NCBI GenBank assembly: GCA_937926975.1
Contig: CALBCJ010000032.1
Location: 2,355 to 66,354 of the forward strand
Reading direction: 5' to 3'
DNA: 64,000 nucleotides
From: an uncultured Propionibacteriaceae bacterium
Lineage (GTDB): Bacteria; Actinomycetota; Actinomycetes; Propionibacteriales; Propionibacteriaceae
Shown here: positions 42,993-51,538 of the stretch, piece after piece
Position numbering within the stretch: the stretch's first letter is position 1
Layout: each line of letters begins with the position of its first letter
The notes under the pieces: generated by a model
What the model was told of the DNA's origin: nothing
The model's input: the letters and a program-made list of their open reading frames with translations, nothing else
Databases searched by the model: none
Program-made: the position numbers and the translations under genes

Positions 42993-44321
42993 ATGAGCGA
43001 GCTTCACGAGGCAGTGGCCCAGCAGATCCCCCGCGCGCTGGAGGACGTCACCCGGCTGGTGGCGATCCCCTCGGTGAGCTCCCAGCCCGAGCACGCCGCC
43101 GACGTCGAGGCCACCGCGGCCCTGGTCGCGGAGCTGCTGCGCGACCTGGGCTGCCCGGACGTCCGGATTGTCGCCGAGGGTGGAAAGCCGGCCGTCATCG
43201 GCCGCTTCCCCGGCCCGGAGGGAGCGCCGCGGGTCTGTCTGTACGCCCACCACGACGTCCAGCCGGTCGGTGACCAGGCCGTCTGGCAGACCCCCGGGTT
43301 CACCGCGACTCGCCGCGGCGAGCGGCTGTACGGGCGGGGCACGGCCGACGACAAGGGCGGCATCGGCGTCCACCTGGCCGCCCTGCGGGCCTTCAGTGGC
43401 CGGCCGCCGGTCGGGGTGACGGTCTTCGTCGAGGGTGAGGAGGAGATCGGCTCGCCGAGCCTGGCGGCACTGATGGCGGCCCACCGCGACGAGCTCGCCG
43501 CCGACGTGTACGTGATCGCCGACTCCGGCAACTGGGAGGCCGGCCAGCCCACCTTCACGACGACCCTGCGCGGGGTCTGCGACTGCGTGGTCGAGGTCTC
43601 GACCCTGGACCACGCCCTGCACTCCGGCCAGTACGGCGGCGTCGCGCCGGACGCGCTCACCGCCCTGTGCCGACTGCTGGCCACCCTGCACCACGAGGAC
43701 GGCACGATCGCGGTCGCCGGGCTGCACGAGACCACCGCGGCCGACCTGGTCTACCCCGAGGACCGGCTGCAGCAGGAGTCCGGGATCCTGCCAGGTGTCT
43801 CCTACCTGGGTGACGGCCCGGTCGTCGACCGGCTGTGGACCAAGCCGTCGGTGAGCGTGGTCGGCATCGACGCCCCCACCGTGGCCAACGCGTCGAACAC
43901 CTTGTTCCCGACGGCCCGCGCCAAGGTCTCGCTGCGGGTCGCCCCCGGCCAGGACGCCGCCGAGGCCCTGGACCGGCTGGTCGAGCACCTCGAGTCGCAC
44001 GCCCCGTGGGGAGCCCAGGTGACCGTCACCCGCGGCAGCGCCGGCAACCCGGTCGAGCTGCCCTTCACCGGCCCGTACGCGGAGGCCGCCCACGCCGCCT
44101 TCGCCGAGGCCTGGGGCGTGGAGCCGGTGCTGGCCGGGCAGGGCGGGTCGATCCCGATGGCCGGTGACTTCCAGCAGGCCTACCCGCAGGCGACGATCCT
44201 GCTGACCGCGGTCTGTGACCCCGACTCGCGGATGCACGGCCCGAACGAGTCGCTGCACCTGGACGACTTCGCCAAGGCTGCCCTGGCCGAGGCGCTCTTC
44301 CTGGAGCGGCTGGCTCGCTGA
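42993..44321 (+). CDS. M20 family dipeptidase
   Basis: LYAHHDVQP, GRGTADDKGG and EGEEEIGS metal-site blocks. Confidence 0.85.
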   Translation: MSELHEAVAQQIPRALEDVTRLVAIPSVSSQPEHAADVEATAALVAELLRDLGCPDVRIVAEGGKPAVIGRFPGPEGAPRVCLYAHHDVQPVGDQAVWQTPGFTATRRGERLYGRGTADDKGGIGVHLAALRAFSGRPPVGVTVFVEGEEEIGSPSLAALMAAHRDELAADVYVIADSGNWEAGQPTFTTTLRGVCDCVVEVSTLDHALHSGQYGGVAPDALTALCRLLATLHHEDGTIAVAGLHETTAADLVYPEDRLQQESGILPGVSYLGDGPVVDRLWTKPSVSVVGIDAPTVANASNTLFPTARAKVSLRVAPGQDAAEALDRLVEHLESHAPWGAQVTVTRGSAGNPVELPFTGPYAEAAHAAFAEAWGVEPVLAGQGGSIPMAGDFQQAYPQATILLTAVCDPDSRMHGPNESLHLDDFAKAALAEALFLERLAR

Positions 44322-44477
44322 CTCCGCCCTGGGCCGCGCGCGGCAGACGGTGGAGACACTGACTGGGCGAAGCTCCCTCCACCCTGGGCCGCGCGGGGCA
44401 GACGGGCCGGGCTGATCTCGTGGCGGGTCTGGGCGTGGTCACGGCCAGCGCTCCGGCAGCGTAGGATGTGGCACGCA

Positions 44478-44612
44478 TGACGTGCTCCGGGGTCGGTGAA
44501 AGTCCGAGCCGGCGGTGACAGTCCGCGACCCGGACCGGCAGGACGCTGCTGGTCTGGCTGACCTGGTGGAACTCCAGGACCGACGGTGAAAGCCCGGATG
44601 GGAGGTAGCACG
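44478..44612 (+). promoter_or_regulatory. FMN riboswitch (RFN element)
   Basis: All conserved RFN blocks are present in order: GGGGUCGGUGAAAGUCCGAGCCGGCGGU, AGUCCGCGACCCGG, CCUGGUGGAACUCCAGG, GACCGACGGUGAAAGCCCGGAUGGGAGG. A TAGGAT -10-like hexamer lies at 44462. Confidence 0.75.
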
Positions 44613-44699
44613 GGCCTGCCGCGGCGTGACCGCTGCTCGGGCAGGCTTCGCGGCTCCGCGCCGTACGACCCCGGTCGCACGGCGGACCGGAGGAGCGTG

Positions 44700-45476
44700 A
44701 TGAGAACCCGACAGCCTCGACTGGCGCCGCGGCAGCGAGCTGTGGTCGCCCCGGTGCTGCTCTGTGTGGCGCTGCTCACGCTGTGGCTGGTGCTCGCGGC
44801 CCGGCTGCCGGACTTCCTGGTCCCCGAGCCGAGCGCGGTGGTCCACAAGCTGGTCTCCGGCTTCACCACCGGCACCACGCTCACCTTCCTGTGGCCCACT
44901 CTGGTCGAGGCCGGGCTGGGCTGCCTGGTCGGGGCCGGGGTGGCCCTGCCGCTGGCGATCATCCTGCGCTGGCCCTGGGCCGACGCCGCCACCCGCCCGT
45001 TCCTCGGCGCGACCCAGGCGATCCCCGCTGTGGCGCTGGCTCCGCTGCTCGTGCTCTGGGTCGGGTACGGGCTGTGGTCGATCGTGCTGCTGTGCTCCCT
45101 GATCGTCTTCTTCCCGATCCTGGTGGCCTCCTCCAGCGGTCTGCGCCACGTCGACCGGGCGGTGGTGGACGCCTCCCGGATCGACGGGGCCGGTAGCTGG
45201 CAGCGGCTGGTCCACATTGAGCTGCCGCTCGCCCTGCCCTGGCTCTTCGCCGGCCTGCGCAACGGTTTCACCTTGTCAGTGACCGGTGCCGTGGTCGGCG
45301 AGATGGTGATGGGAGGCCGCGGGCTGGGGATGGTGCTGACCTCCCAGCGTGACCGGGTCGACACCGCCGGAATGGTGGCGACGATCATCCTGCTCGCCTC
45401 GGTGGCCTCCGCCGCGTACCTGGCCCTGATGGCGCTGGAGCGCCGCTCGGCCATCGTTAGAAGCCTGACCGACTGA
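44700..45476 (+). CDS. ABC transporter permease (NitT/TauT-ThiX/RibX-like)
   Basis: Six TM segments and an EAA-like loop (ASRIDGAGSWQRLVHIELPLALP). GGAGGAG RBS before the ATG at 44700. Confidence 0.8.
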   Translation: MRTRQPRLAPRQRAVVAPVLLCVALLTLWLVLAARLPDFLVPEPSAVVHKLVSGFTTGTTLTFLWPTLVEAGLGCLVGAGVALPLAIILRWPWADAATRPFLGATQAIPAVALAPLLVLWVGYGLWSIVLLCSLIVFFPILVASSSGLRHVDRAVVDASRIDGAGSWQRLVHIELPLALPWLFAGLRNGFTLSVTGAVVGEMVMGGRGLGMVLTSQRDRVDTAGMVATIILLASVASAAYLALMALERRSAIVRSLTD

Positions 45477-45493
45477 CAGTGAAAGGACAATCT

Positions 45494-46510
45494 ATGCCCT
45501 GCTCTCGTCGTGGACTGCTGGCTGGTGCCCTGCTAGCGCTGGCCGGCTGCGGTACGGCCACCGGGCCGGGCGGCACTGCGAGTCCTGGTGCTGGAGCGTC
45601 CGGCACTGCGGCTCCCGGGTCCGCCAAGAAGCCGGTGATCGGGCTGACCTACATCCCGAACATCCAGTTCGCCCCGTTCTACTGGGGGGTCGCCAAGCAG
45701 CTGTACCAGCCGGAGGTCGAGCTGCGGCACCACGGGGAGCGGGAGGGCCTGTTCACCGCGCTCCTCACCGGGCAGGAGCAGCTCGTGGTCGCCGGTGGCG
45801 ACGAGATGCTGGCGGCCCGGGCCGAGAGCGACGCCGACCTGGTCACGGTCGCCACCCTGTACCGCACCCACCCGGTCCGGGCGATCGTGCTCCAGGACTC
45901 GCCGGTCACCAGCTTCGCCGACCTCAAGGGACGCAAGGTCGGGCTCCCGGGCCGGTACGGGGAGAACTGGTTCGCTCTCAGGCTGGGGCTGGCGAGGGCC
46001 GGGCTGGGCGAGTCGGACGTGGAGATCGTCGACATCGGCTACACCCAGCAGGCGGCGCTGGTGACGAGGAAGGTCGACGCGGTGATGGGCTTCGTCAACG
46101 GCGACGCGGTGCAGCTGAGCGAGAGCGGGAACCCGGTCCGGTCGCTGTCGCCGGGCGACCTGCCGCTGGTCAGCGCCAGCCTGGTCACCACCGGGGCGTA
46201 CGCCCAGGCCAACCGGGAGCTGGTCGCGGCTGTGGCCAGGGGCACTGTGGCTGGGATGCGGGGCGTGGTCGACCAGCCCGAGGAGGCGGTCGAGCTGGCC
46301 CGCGCGTACGTGCCGGCGCTGGCCGAGGCCGGTGCCGCGACGTACGCCCGGGCGGTGCTGCGGGAGACCGCGACGCTGTACCAGGACGCTGATCGCCAGA
46401 TCAGCGGCACGGTCGACACGGCCCGCTGGGACGAGATGAGCAAGACCCTGCACCAGGCCGGGCTGATCAAGAAGGACGTGCCAGCCTCGCAGTCGGTCTG
46501 GCAGGGATGA
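45494..46510 (+). CDS. ABC substrate-binding lipoprotein, NMT1/THI5-like (ThiY/RibY-like)
   Basis: Lipobox LALAGCG and periplasmic-binding-fold blocks (GLTYIPNIQFAPFY, GRKVGLPG). GAAAGGA lies before the ATG at 45494. Confidence 0.8.
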   Translation: MPCSRRGLLAGALLALAGCGTATGPGGTASPGAGASGTAAPGSAKKPVIGLTYIPNIQFAPFYWGVAKQLYQPEVELRHHGEREGLFTALLTGQEQLVVAGGDEMLAARAESDADLVTVATLYRTHPVRAIVLQDSPVTSFADLKGRKVGLPGRYGENWFALRLGLARAGLGESDVEIVDIGYTQQAALVTRKVDAVMGFVNGDAVQLSESGNPVRSLSPGDLPLVSASLVTTGAYAQANRELVAAVARGTVAGMRGVVDQPEEAVELARAYVPALAEAGAATYARAVLRETATLYQDADRQISGTVDTARWDEMSKTLHQAGLIKKDVPASQSVWQG

Positions 46511-46576
46511 GCGGCCCATGCGGCCTGCGGCGCCTCCTCGCAGTGGCTCAAGGCCTGGCCGGACTAGACTGGGCGG

Positions 46577-46650
46577 GCCCCTATAGCTCAGCTGGTTAGA
46601 GCAGCGTCCTTTTAAGTCGCGGGTCCTGGGTTCGAGCCCCAGTGGGGGTA
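46577..46650 (+). tRNA. tRNA-Lys (anticodon UUU)
   Basis: Cloverleaf by eye: acceptor GCCCCTA/TGGGGGT, D arm GCTC-AGCTGGTTA-GAGC, anticodon loop CTTTTAA, T arm CTGGG-TTCGAGC-CCCAG. One U-U mismatch in the anticodon stem. Confidence 0.85.
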
Positions 46651-46725
46651 CGTTTCAGGCGACGGCCACGGTGGCGCCGACAGCCCTGACCCCGTACGGG
46701 CGGACCGCTCTGGCACAGTGGGGCC

Positions 46726-47361
46726 ATGTCCTGGCCGTTGGTGGTTCTGGCTGCGGTGCTGGGCGCTGCAGCGCTGCTGCTCGCCGTGGTGCTGGACCGG
46801 CGCTCCCGCAGACGGCTGCTCGAGCCCCCGGACCGGACGGTCCCGGGCCTGCCGGCCGACGCCGCGGCACCGCACTACCTCTCAGCCGAGCAGGCCAGCC
46901 AGCCCGTCGCCGAGCGGACGGTGCCGAGCTCAGACGATCTCGACCTGGACCAGGCCCTGGCGCTGGAGGCCGGGTGGGCCGACCGCCGCTTCGCCCAGGA
47001 CCAGGTCCGGGCCGTGCTGCGGGACCCGGTGGTCGTGGTGGTGAGCGCGGTCGGCTCGGTCCGCGAGGCTCTGCCGCTGCTGGAGCACACCCGCGGCGAC
47101 CGGGGGCTGGTGCTGGTGGCCGGGGAGGTTGAGGCCGACACCCTGGAGACCCTGGCCGTGAACGCGGTCCGCGGCAGCCTCGAGGTGGTGGTCGTCCAGG
47201 CCGGGGCTAAGACTCGCCACGAGCTGGTCGAGACTCTGGGCTGCCGCCCGCTGGGCCGGGCAGCGCTGCAGTCGGGCTGGGCCCCGGCCGACGCTTTCTG
47301 CCTGGTCACAGCGTGGGTGAGTACCGACCAGACGAGCTGGGTGTGGGCACGGCCGAGGTGA
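46726..47361 (+). CDS. membrane-anchored protein with GroEL apical-domain-like region
   Basis: N-terminal TM. aa 95-200 align by eye to the GroEL apical domain (LPLLE...GLVLVAGEVEADTLETLAVNAVRGSLEVVVVQA versus LPVLE...[33 protein letters not shown]). Confidence 0.6.
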   Translation: MSWPLVVLAAVLGAAALLLAVVLDRRSRRRLLEPPDRTVPGLPADAAAPHYLSAEQASQPVAERTVPSSDDLDLDQALALEAGWADRRFAQDQVRAVLRDPVVVVVSAVGSVREALPLLEHTRGDRGLVLVAGEVEADTLETLAVNAVRGSLEVVVVQAGAKTRHELVETLGCRPLGRAALQSGWAPADAFCLVTAWVSTDQTSWVWARPR

Positions 47362-47368
47362 ATGACAT

Positions 47369-47384
47369 GGGTGTGATCACACCC
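47369..47384. terminator. perfect 16-bp palindrome between convergent genes
   Basis: GGGTGTGATCACACCC, 8 nt after the stop of 46726..47361. Confidence 0.35.
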
Positions 47385-47435
47385 AGAGTCTCCAGTGAGG
47401 CTTGAGGCTGAGCCAGAAAAAGTTGCTCCGACCGG

Positions 47436-47819
47436 TCAGTCCCAGCCCAGCTCGCGCAGCCGGTCGTCGTCGATCCCGAAGTGGTGGGCGACCTCGTGGA
47501 TGACGGTGACGGTGATCTCGTCGACCAGCTCGTCGTACGAGTCGCACATCGCCAGCAGCGGCTCGCGGTAGATGAAGATCCGGTCCGGCAGCACTCCGGA
47601 GTACCAAGAATCTCTTTCTGTGATTGGAATTCCGTCGTACAGACCGAGGAGGTCGGGCTGGTCCGGCGGGGGTGTCGGCTCGACCAGGACGACCGCGTTG
47701 TCGACCATCCCGGCGAGCTCGTCGGGCACCTGGTCCAGCGCCGCCGAGACCAGGTCGTCGAAGTCCTCGTCGCTCATCGAGACCGGCATGAGGTCATCGT
47801 AGGCGGCCTCGAATGACAT
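47436..47819 (-). CDS. metallopeptidase family protein (DUF1025 / minigluzincin-like)
   Basis: VIHEVAHHFGIDD zinc motif and small acidic N-terminal part. Confidence 0.8.
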   Translation of the reverse strand: MSFEAAYDDLMPVSMSDEDFDDLVSAALDQVPDELAGMVDNAVVLVEPTPPPDQPDLLGLYDGIPITERDSWYSGVLPDRIFIYREPLLAMCDSYDELVDEITVTVIHEVAHHFGIDDDRLRELGWD

Positions 47820-47993
47820 CAGTGTGACTGTGATTGCGGGGACCTGAGAGAAGCACCGGCTGGTTGTGCCCGATTCTCAGGGTCCGTACCTTCCGAGAGG
47901 TACCTGAGGCGGATGCGACTCATGGTTGCGAAGTGCAGACGTGACGACGGTTTTGGCGTTCTGCAGGCCGCTGGCCTGCCGATAGGGGGAGAG

Positions 47994-49328
47994 ATGAACA
48001 TCGTGCTGCGGGGCTGCCGCGTGGTCGCCGTGACGGCGGCTCTCGGGGTCAGTCTCTCAGGCATCACCGGGCTGGTGACGGGGCCGAGCGCCTCGGCCAG
48101 CGCTGTGATGACCGCGACCACGGCGGTGAACGTCCGGTCCGGTCCGGGCACCTCGAACGCGATCCTGGGGGTTCTGTACGCGGGCCACACCATCACCGCG
48201 ACCGGAGGGTCGGTGCGGGGCTGGACTCCGGTCAGCTACCGCGGCCGGACCGCGTACGTGTCGTCGCAGTACCTGCGGGGTGGCTCGGGTAACGCCCCGG
48301 TGGCGGCCGACAAGCGGTCGTCGCTGACCGCCCGGGCCCTGGAGGACGTCAACGTCCGAACCGGTCCCGGCACGGGGTACCCGGTGAGCATGGTCCTGCC
48401 GAAGGGCGGTACCTGCTGGCTGACCGGCGTCACCCGCAACGGCTTCTCGCAGCTGATCGACGGGCGCTGGATCTCCTCGGCCTGGGTGCAGCGCAGCGAC
48501 GCCCAGCCGGTCGGCGCCTCACCACAGCTGCCGGCGGTGAAGGGCCAGGTCCGGGCCACCGCGGCGCTGATGATCCGGACCACGTCGGGGTCAGACTTCC
48601 GCAACCTCGGCGACGTCCCAGCCGGGACCATCCTCAACGTCACCGGCGTAGTCCAGAACGGGATGGCACAGATCGTCTACCGCGACGCGGTGCGCTGGGT
48701 GAACGCCCGGTACCTGGCCCCGGCCAGTGCCTCCGGGCCGTCGGTCCCGGGGGCGCCGAAGGCGGCCGGGGTCCGGTACGCGACGGTCGCGCTCGACATC
48801 CGTACGTCATCCGACGGATCGGCGGAGACCCTGACCGAGGTCCCCAAGGGGACTGCGCTGGAGATCACTGGCGTGGTGCAGAACGGCCGCGCCCAGGTGA
48901 TCTACCGCGGAGCCGTACGGTGGGTGACCGCTCGCTACCTGTCCGAGACGGCGCCGACGGTCAGCACCGGAGACTCGAAGGGCCTGGAGGGGCTGAAGCC
49001 GCGGACCAAGACGATCGTCGCCGACTCCCGGTCGCGGTTCCCGATGATCACCACCTACTACGGCGTACGGCCCGACCCGCTGCCCGACCACCCCAGTGGT
49101 CGCGCGGTGGACATCATGATCCCGAGCTACCGCTCCAACACGGCGCTCGGCCAGCAGATCGCCGAGTACTACAAGGCGAACGCCGACCGGTTCGGGATCG
49201 AGTACATCATCTTCAACCAGCGGATCTGGAGCAAGGCCCGCGACCGTGAGGGCTGGCGCTTCATGGCCAACCGCGGCGGTGACACCGCCAACCACAAGGA
49301 CCACGTCCACATCACGGTGCTGAAGTAG
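47994..49328 (+). CDS. secreted protein with four SH3b-like repeats and a C-terminal conserved domain
   Basis: Signal peptide, then four copies of the pattern VNVR.GPG......VL..G......G...G..Q/PV.YRG...WV...YL. C-terminal domain ends GGDTANHKDHVHITV. Confidence 0.75.
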   Translation: MNIVLRGCRVVAVTAALGVSLSGITGLVTGPSASASAVMTATTAVNVRSGPGTSNAILGVLYAGHTITATGGSVRGWTPVSYRGRTAYVSSQYLRGGSGNAPVAADKRSSLTARALEDVNVRTGPGTGYPVSMVLPKGGTCWLTGVTRNGFSQLIDGRWISSAWVQRSDAQPVGASPQLPAVKGQVRATAALMIRTTSGSDFRNLGDVPAGTILNVTGVVQNGMAQIVYRDAVRWVNARYLAPASASGPSVPGAPKAAGVRYATVALDIRTSSDGSAETLTEVPKGTALEITGVVQNGRAQVIYRGAVRWVTARYLSETAPTVSTGDSKGLEGLKPRTKTIVADSRSRFPMITTYYGVRPDPLPDHPSGRAVDIMIPSYRSNTALGQQIAEYYKANADRFGIEYIIFNQRIWSKARDREGWRFMANRGGDTANHKDHVHITVLK

Positions 49329-49342
49329 TCCCCCCACGACCC

Positions 49343-49377
49343 CGGCCCGGGCGGAGACCAGGCTCCCGCCCGGGCCG
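49343..49377 (+). terminator. GC-rich hairpin after the SH3b gene
   Basis: CGGCCCGGGCGG pairs with CCGCCCGGGCCG (12 bp plus 2), 15 nt after the stop. The 3' arm is the first unit of the tandem repeat. Confidence 0.5.
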
Positions 49378-49462
49378 TGCCCTGTCCGCCCGGGCCGTGC
49401 CCCTGTCCGCCCGGGCCGTGCCCCTGTCCGCCCGGGCCGTGCCCCTGTCCGCCCGGGCCTGC
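49365..49462. repeat. 21-bp tandem repeat, about 4.7 copies
   Basis: Unit TCCGCCCGGGCCGTGCCCCTG repeated head to tail. First unit is 20 nt and the last is truncated. Confidence 0.9.
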
Positions 49463-49544
49463 CCAGCCGGGCCGCACCTTCCGCGGGCGGGGCTGAACGT
49501 GGTGACGACCGGGCGACGGTGTGGGCGGTCGGCTGCGCCCAGAC

Positions 49545-50189
49545 TCATCCCTGAAGCAGCGCCAGGACCGCCGTCACCCGGCGGTGAACAGCGGCGTCGG
49601 GCAGCAGACCGAGCTTGGCGAAGATGCGCTGCGTGTGCTTCTCCACCGCCCCCTCGGTCACCACCAGCCGCGCGGCGATGGCCGTGTTCGCGTACCCCTG
49701 CGCCATGAGATCGAGAACCTCCCGCTCGCGTGGTGTCAGGGTCTTGAGGGGGTCGTTGCGCCGTGCGGCACCCATCACGTGGGTCACCACGTCCGGGTCC
49801 AGGACCAGCTCGCCGCGCGCCACCCGCTCCACCGACTCCAGAAAGGAGTCGATGTCACTGACCCGGTCCTTGAGGAGGTAGCCCATCCCGCCTCCGCCGT
49901 CGGCCAGGAGCTCGGGCAGGTACCTGGCGACGACGTACTGGCTGAGCAGGAGAATCGGCGCGTCCTCCCACTGGGCGCGGATCCGGACCGCGGCCCGCAG
50001 CCCCTCGTCGGTGTGTGACGGGGGCATGCGGATGTCGGCCACGATCACCTCGGGACGCAGCGCCAGCGCCTGCGCTACCAGGGCCTCGCCGTCGCCGGTC
50101 TCAGCGACCACGTGGTGGCCGCCTTCGGCCAGGATCAGGGCCAGCCCCTGGCGCAGAAGGACCGAGTCGTCAGCGATCAGGACACGCAC
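49545..50189 (-). CDS. NarL/FixJ (LuxR-type) response regulator
   Basis: VRVLIADDSVLLRQG receiver start, phospho-acceptor region IVADIRMP and C-terminal LuxR HTH (LTPREREVLDLMAQGYANTAIA). GTG at 50189. Confidence 0.9.
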   Translation of the reverse strand: MRVLIADDSVLLRQGLALILAEGGHHVVAETGDGEALVAQALALRPEVIVADIRMPPSHTDEGLRAAVRIRAQWEDAPILLLSQYVVARYLPELLADGGGGMGYLLKDRVSDIDSFLESVERVARGELVLDPDVVTHVMGAARRNDPLKTLTPREREVLDLMAQGYANTAIAARLVVTEGAVEKHTQRIFAKLGLLPDAAVHRRVTAVLALLQG

Positions 50190-51418
50190 GGGATGACACC
50201 CTCCACCGTCGTGGGGCCGCCGGGCGGCGAGATGACGACCAGGCGCCCGTCGACGCCCTGCAGCCGCTCGGCCAGGCCAGCCAGCCCGTGCCCCTTGGAC
50301 TGCTCCGCTCCGCCGGCGCCGTTGTCCCGTACCCACACCCGCAGGCGCCCGTCGGTGACCGTGGCGCCGAGCTCGGCGCTCGTCGCGCCGGAGTGCTTGT
50401 TCACGTTGGTCAGGGCCTCGCTGGCTACGAAGTACGCAGCCTGCTCGATGTGGTCGGGCAGTCGGGGAACTGTGGTGTGGACGGTGACCGGGACACAGGA
50501 GCGGGCAGCGACCTCGCTCAGCGCCGCGGCCAGGCCTCGGTCCACCAGGACCGGCGGGGCGATCCCGCGTGACAGCGCCCGCAGCTCGTTGAGCGTCTGC
50601 CGGGTCTGGGTGATGGCGCTGTCGAGCAGGCCCTCGGCGGCTTCGGGGTTCGTACGGGCCCGCCGCTTGGCCAGAGCCAGGTCCATGCCGAGGCGTACGA
50701 GGCTCTGCTGCGGACCGTCGTGGATGTCGCGCTCCAGACGGGTCCGGGTGTCTGCCTCCGCCCGCTGGATAGCGGCCCGAGACGTCTCCAGGCGCTCAAC
50801 CCGGCCCGGTGCGCACAGGAGCGCACGGGACACGCTCACCCGGGCCCGGGCCAGGCTGCGCAGAACGGGCGGACCGGCCACCGCCATGACCACGATGACC
50901 ACCAGGTCCACCAGCGCTGTCCACGCCAGGGTGGGTGGCAGCCCGATCTGGCCGGCCAGGCCCGTACCGCCCCAGGACCGGATCACGCTCAGCCCCAGGG
51001 TTTCCAGAAGAGCACCGACCGGGGTCAGGACGACCGCCAGGGCGGCAGACCACGGGATCCCGCCCAAGGTCGCTCCCAGGAGCAGCCAGAGGGCGTCGAG
51101 CCAGCGCTGCGGGTCGCTCAGGACCGTCAGGTGCCGGCGCAGCCAGGACCGGCCCGGCTCGGCCACCCGGTAGGAGTCGGGGTAGTCGGTGCCGTCGGCC
51201 TGGGCGACGATGCTGCGCTCGCGAGACGCCAGGGACGAGGACACCCGCAGCCCGAGGGCCATGACCGGGATGCCCACCGTGATGACCGCTGTGCCCAGGC
51301 CCAGGCTGAGAAGAACCACCACACCCAGAAAGACGACGATCTGGGCAGGCCACGCCGTCAGCATGAAGGCAGCGTGGCGCCAGGCCTGGCGGTACCGCAG
51401 GAGGCTGTGTGTGCTCAT
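50177..51418 (-). CDS. sensor histidine kinase (HisKA_3 / NarX-DesK type)
   Basis: Multi-TM sensor region, RLERDIHDGPQQSL H-box and NVNKHSGA N-box. Overlaps the response regulator start by 13 nt. Confidence 0.85.
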   Translation of the reverse strand: MSTHSLLRYRQAWRHAAFMLTAWPAQIVVFLGVVVLLSLGLGTAVITVGIPVMALGLRVSSSLASRERSIVAQADGTDYPDSYRVAEPGRSWLRRHLTVLSDPQRWLDALWLLLGATLGGIPWSAALAVVLTPVGALLETLGLSVIRSWGGTGLAGQIGLPPTLAWTALVDLVVIVVMAVAGPPVLRSLARARVSVSRALLCAPGRVERLETSRAAIQRAEADTRTRLERDIHDGPQQSLVRLGMDLALAKRRARTNPEAAEGLLDSAITQTRQTLNELRALSRGIAPPVLVDRGLAAALSEVAARSCVPVTVHTTVPRLPDHIEQAAYFVASEALTNVNKHSGATSAELGATVTDGRLRVWVRDNGAGGAEQSKGHGLAGLAERLQGVDGRLVVISPPGGPTTVEGVIPCVS

Positions 51419-51538
51419 GTCTCCATCGTGGTGAGCGGGGCTGCGGCGCCCCAGCCTGCCACCTGGCGGAGTCAGTGTCGGGCTAGCCCGACACCTCACC
51501 TGAACCTGGGGCCGGGATTGCTGCCTGGGTGCCCGAGG

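Noticed and set aside
42837-44258. 715-aa version of ORF 42111..44258
   Set aside because: Everything upstream of the ATG at 42836 is antisense to the M20 dipeptidase gene and has off-frame composition. Only the last 241 codons match the paralog family.
44478-44612. Leader first considered as a cobalamin, TPP, guanidine-I or Moco riboswitch, because of GGUGAAAGUCCG and UCCGAGCC strings and the NMT1/THI5-type downstream genes
   Set aside because: It lacks the GCCACUG / B12 box, the CUGAGA...ACCUGAUC TPP core and the AGGGUUCCG ykkC core. The full block order matches the FMN (RFN) element instead.
47820-47993. Structured 5' leader of the SH3b gene (hairpins ACCTGAGA...TCTCAGGGT and GTACCT...AGGTAC), considered as a c-di-AMP (ydaO) or TPP riboswitch
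   Set aside because: It lacks the AGCUAACCUCGUAAG-type ydaO core and the TPP ACCUGAUC...GGGA core. There are only two generic hairpins and no class is recognised.
49365-49462. Possible CRISPR array, because of regularly repeated GC-rich units
   Set aside because: The units are directly adjacent (21-bp period) with no spacers, and no cas genes are in the window. It is a plain tandem repeat.
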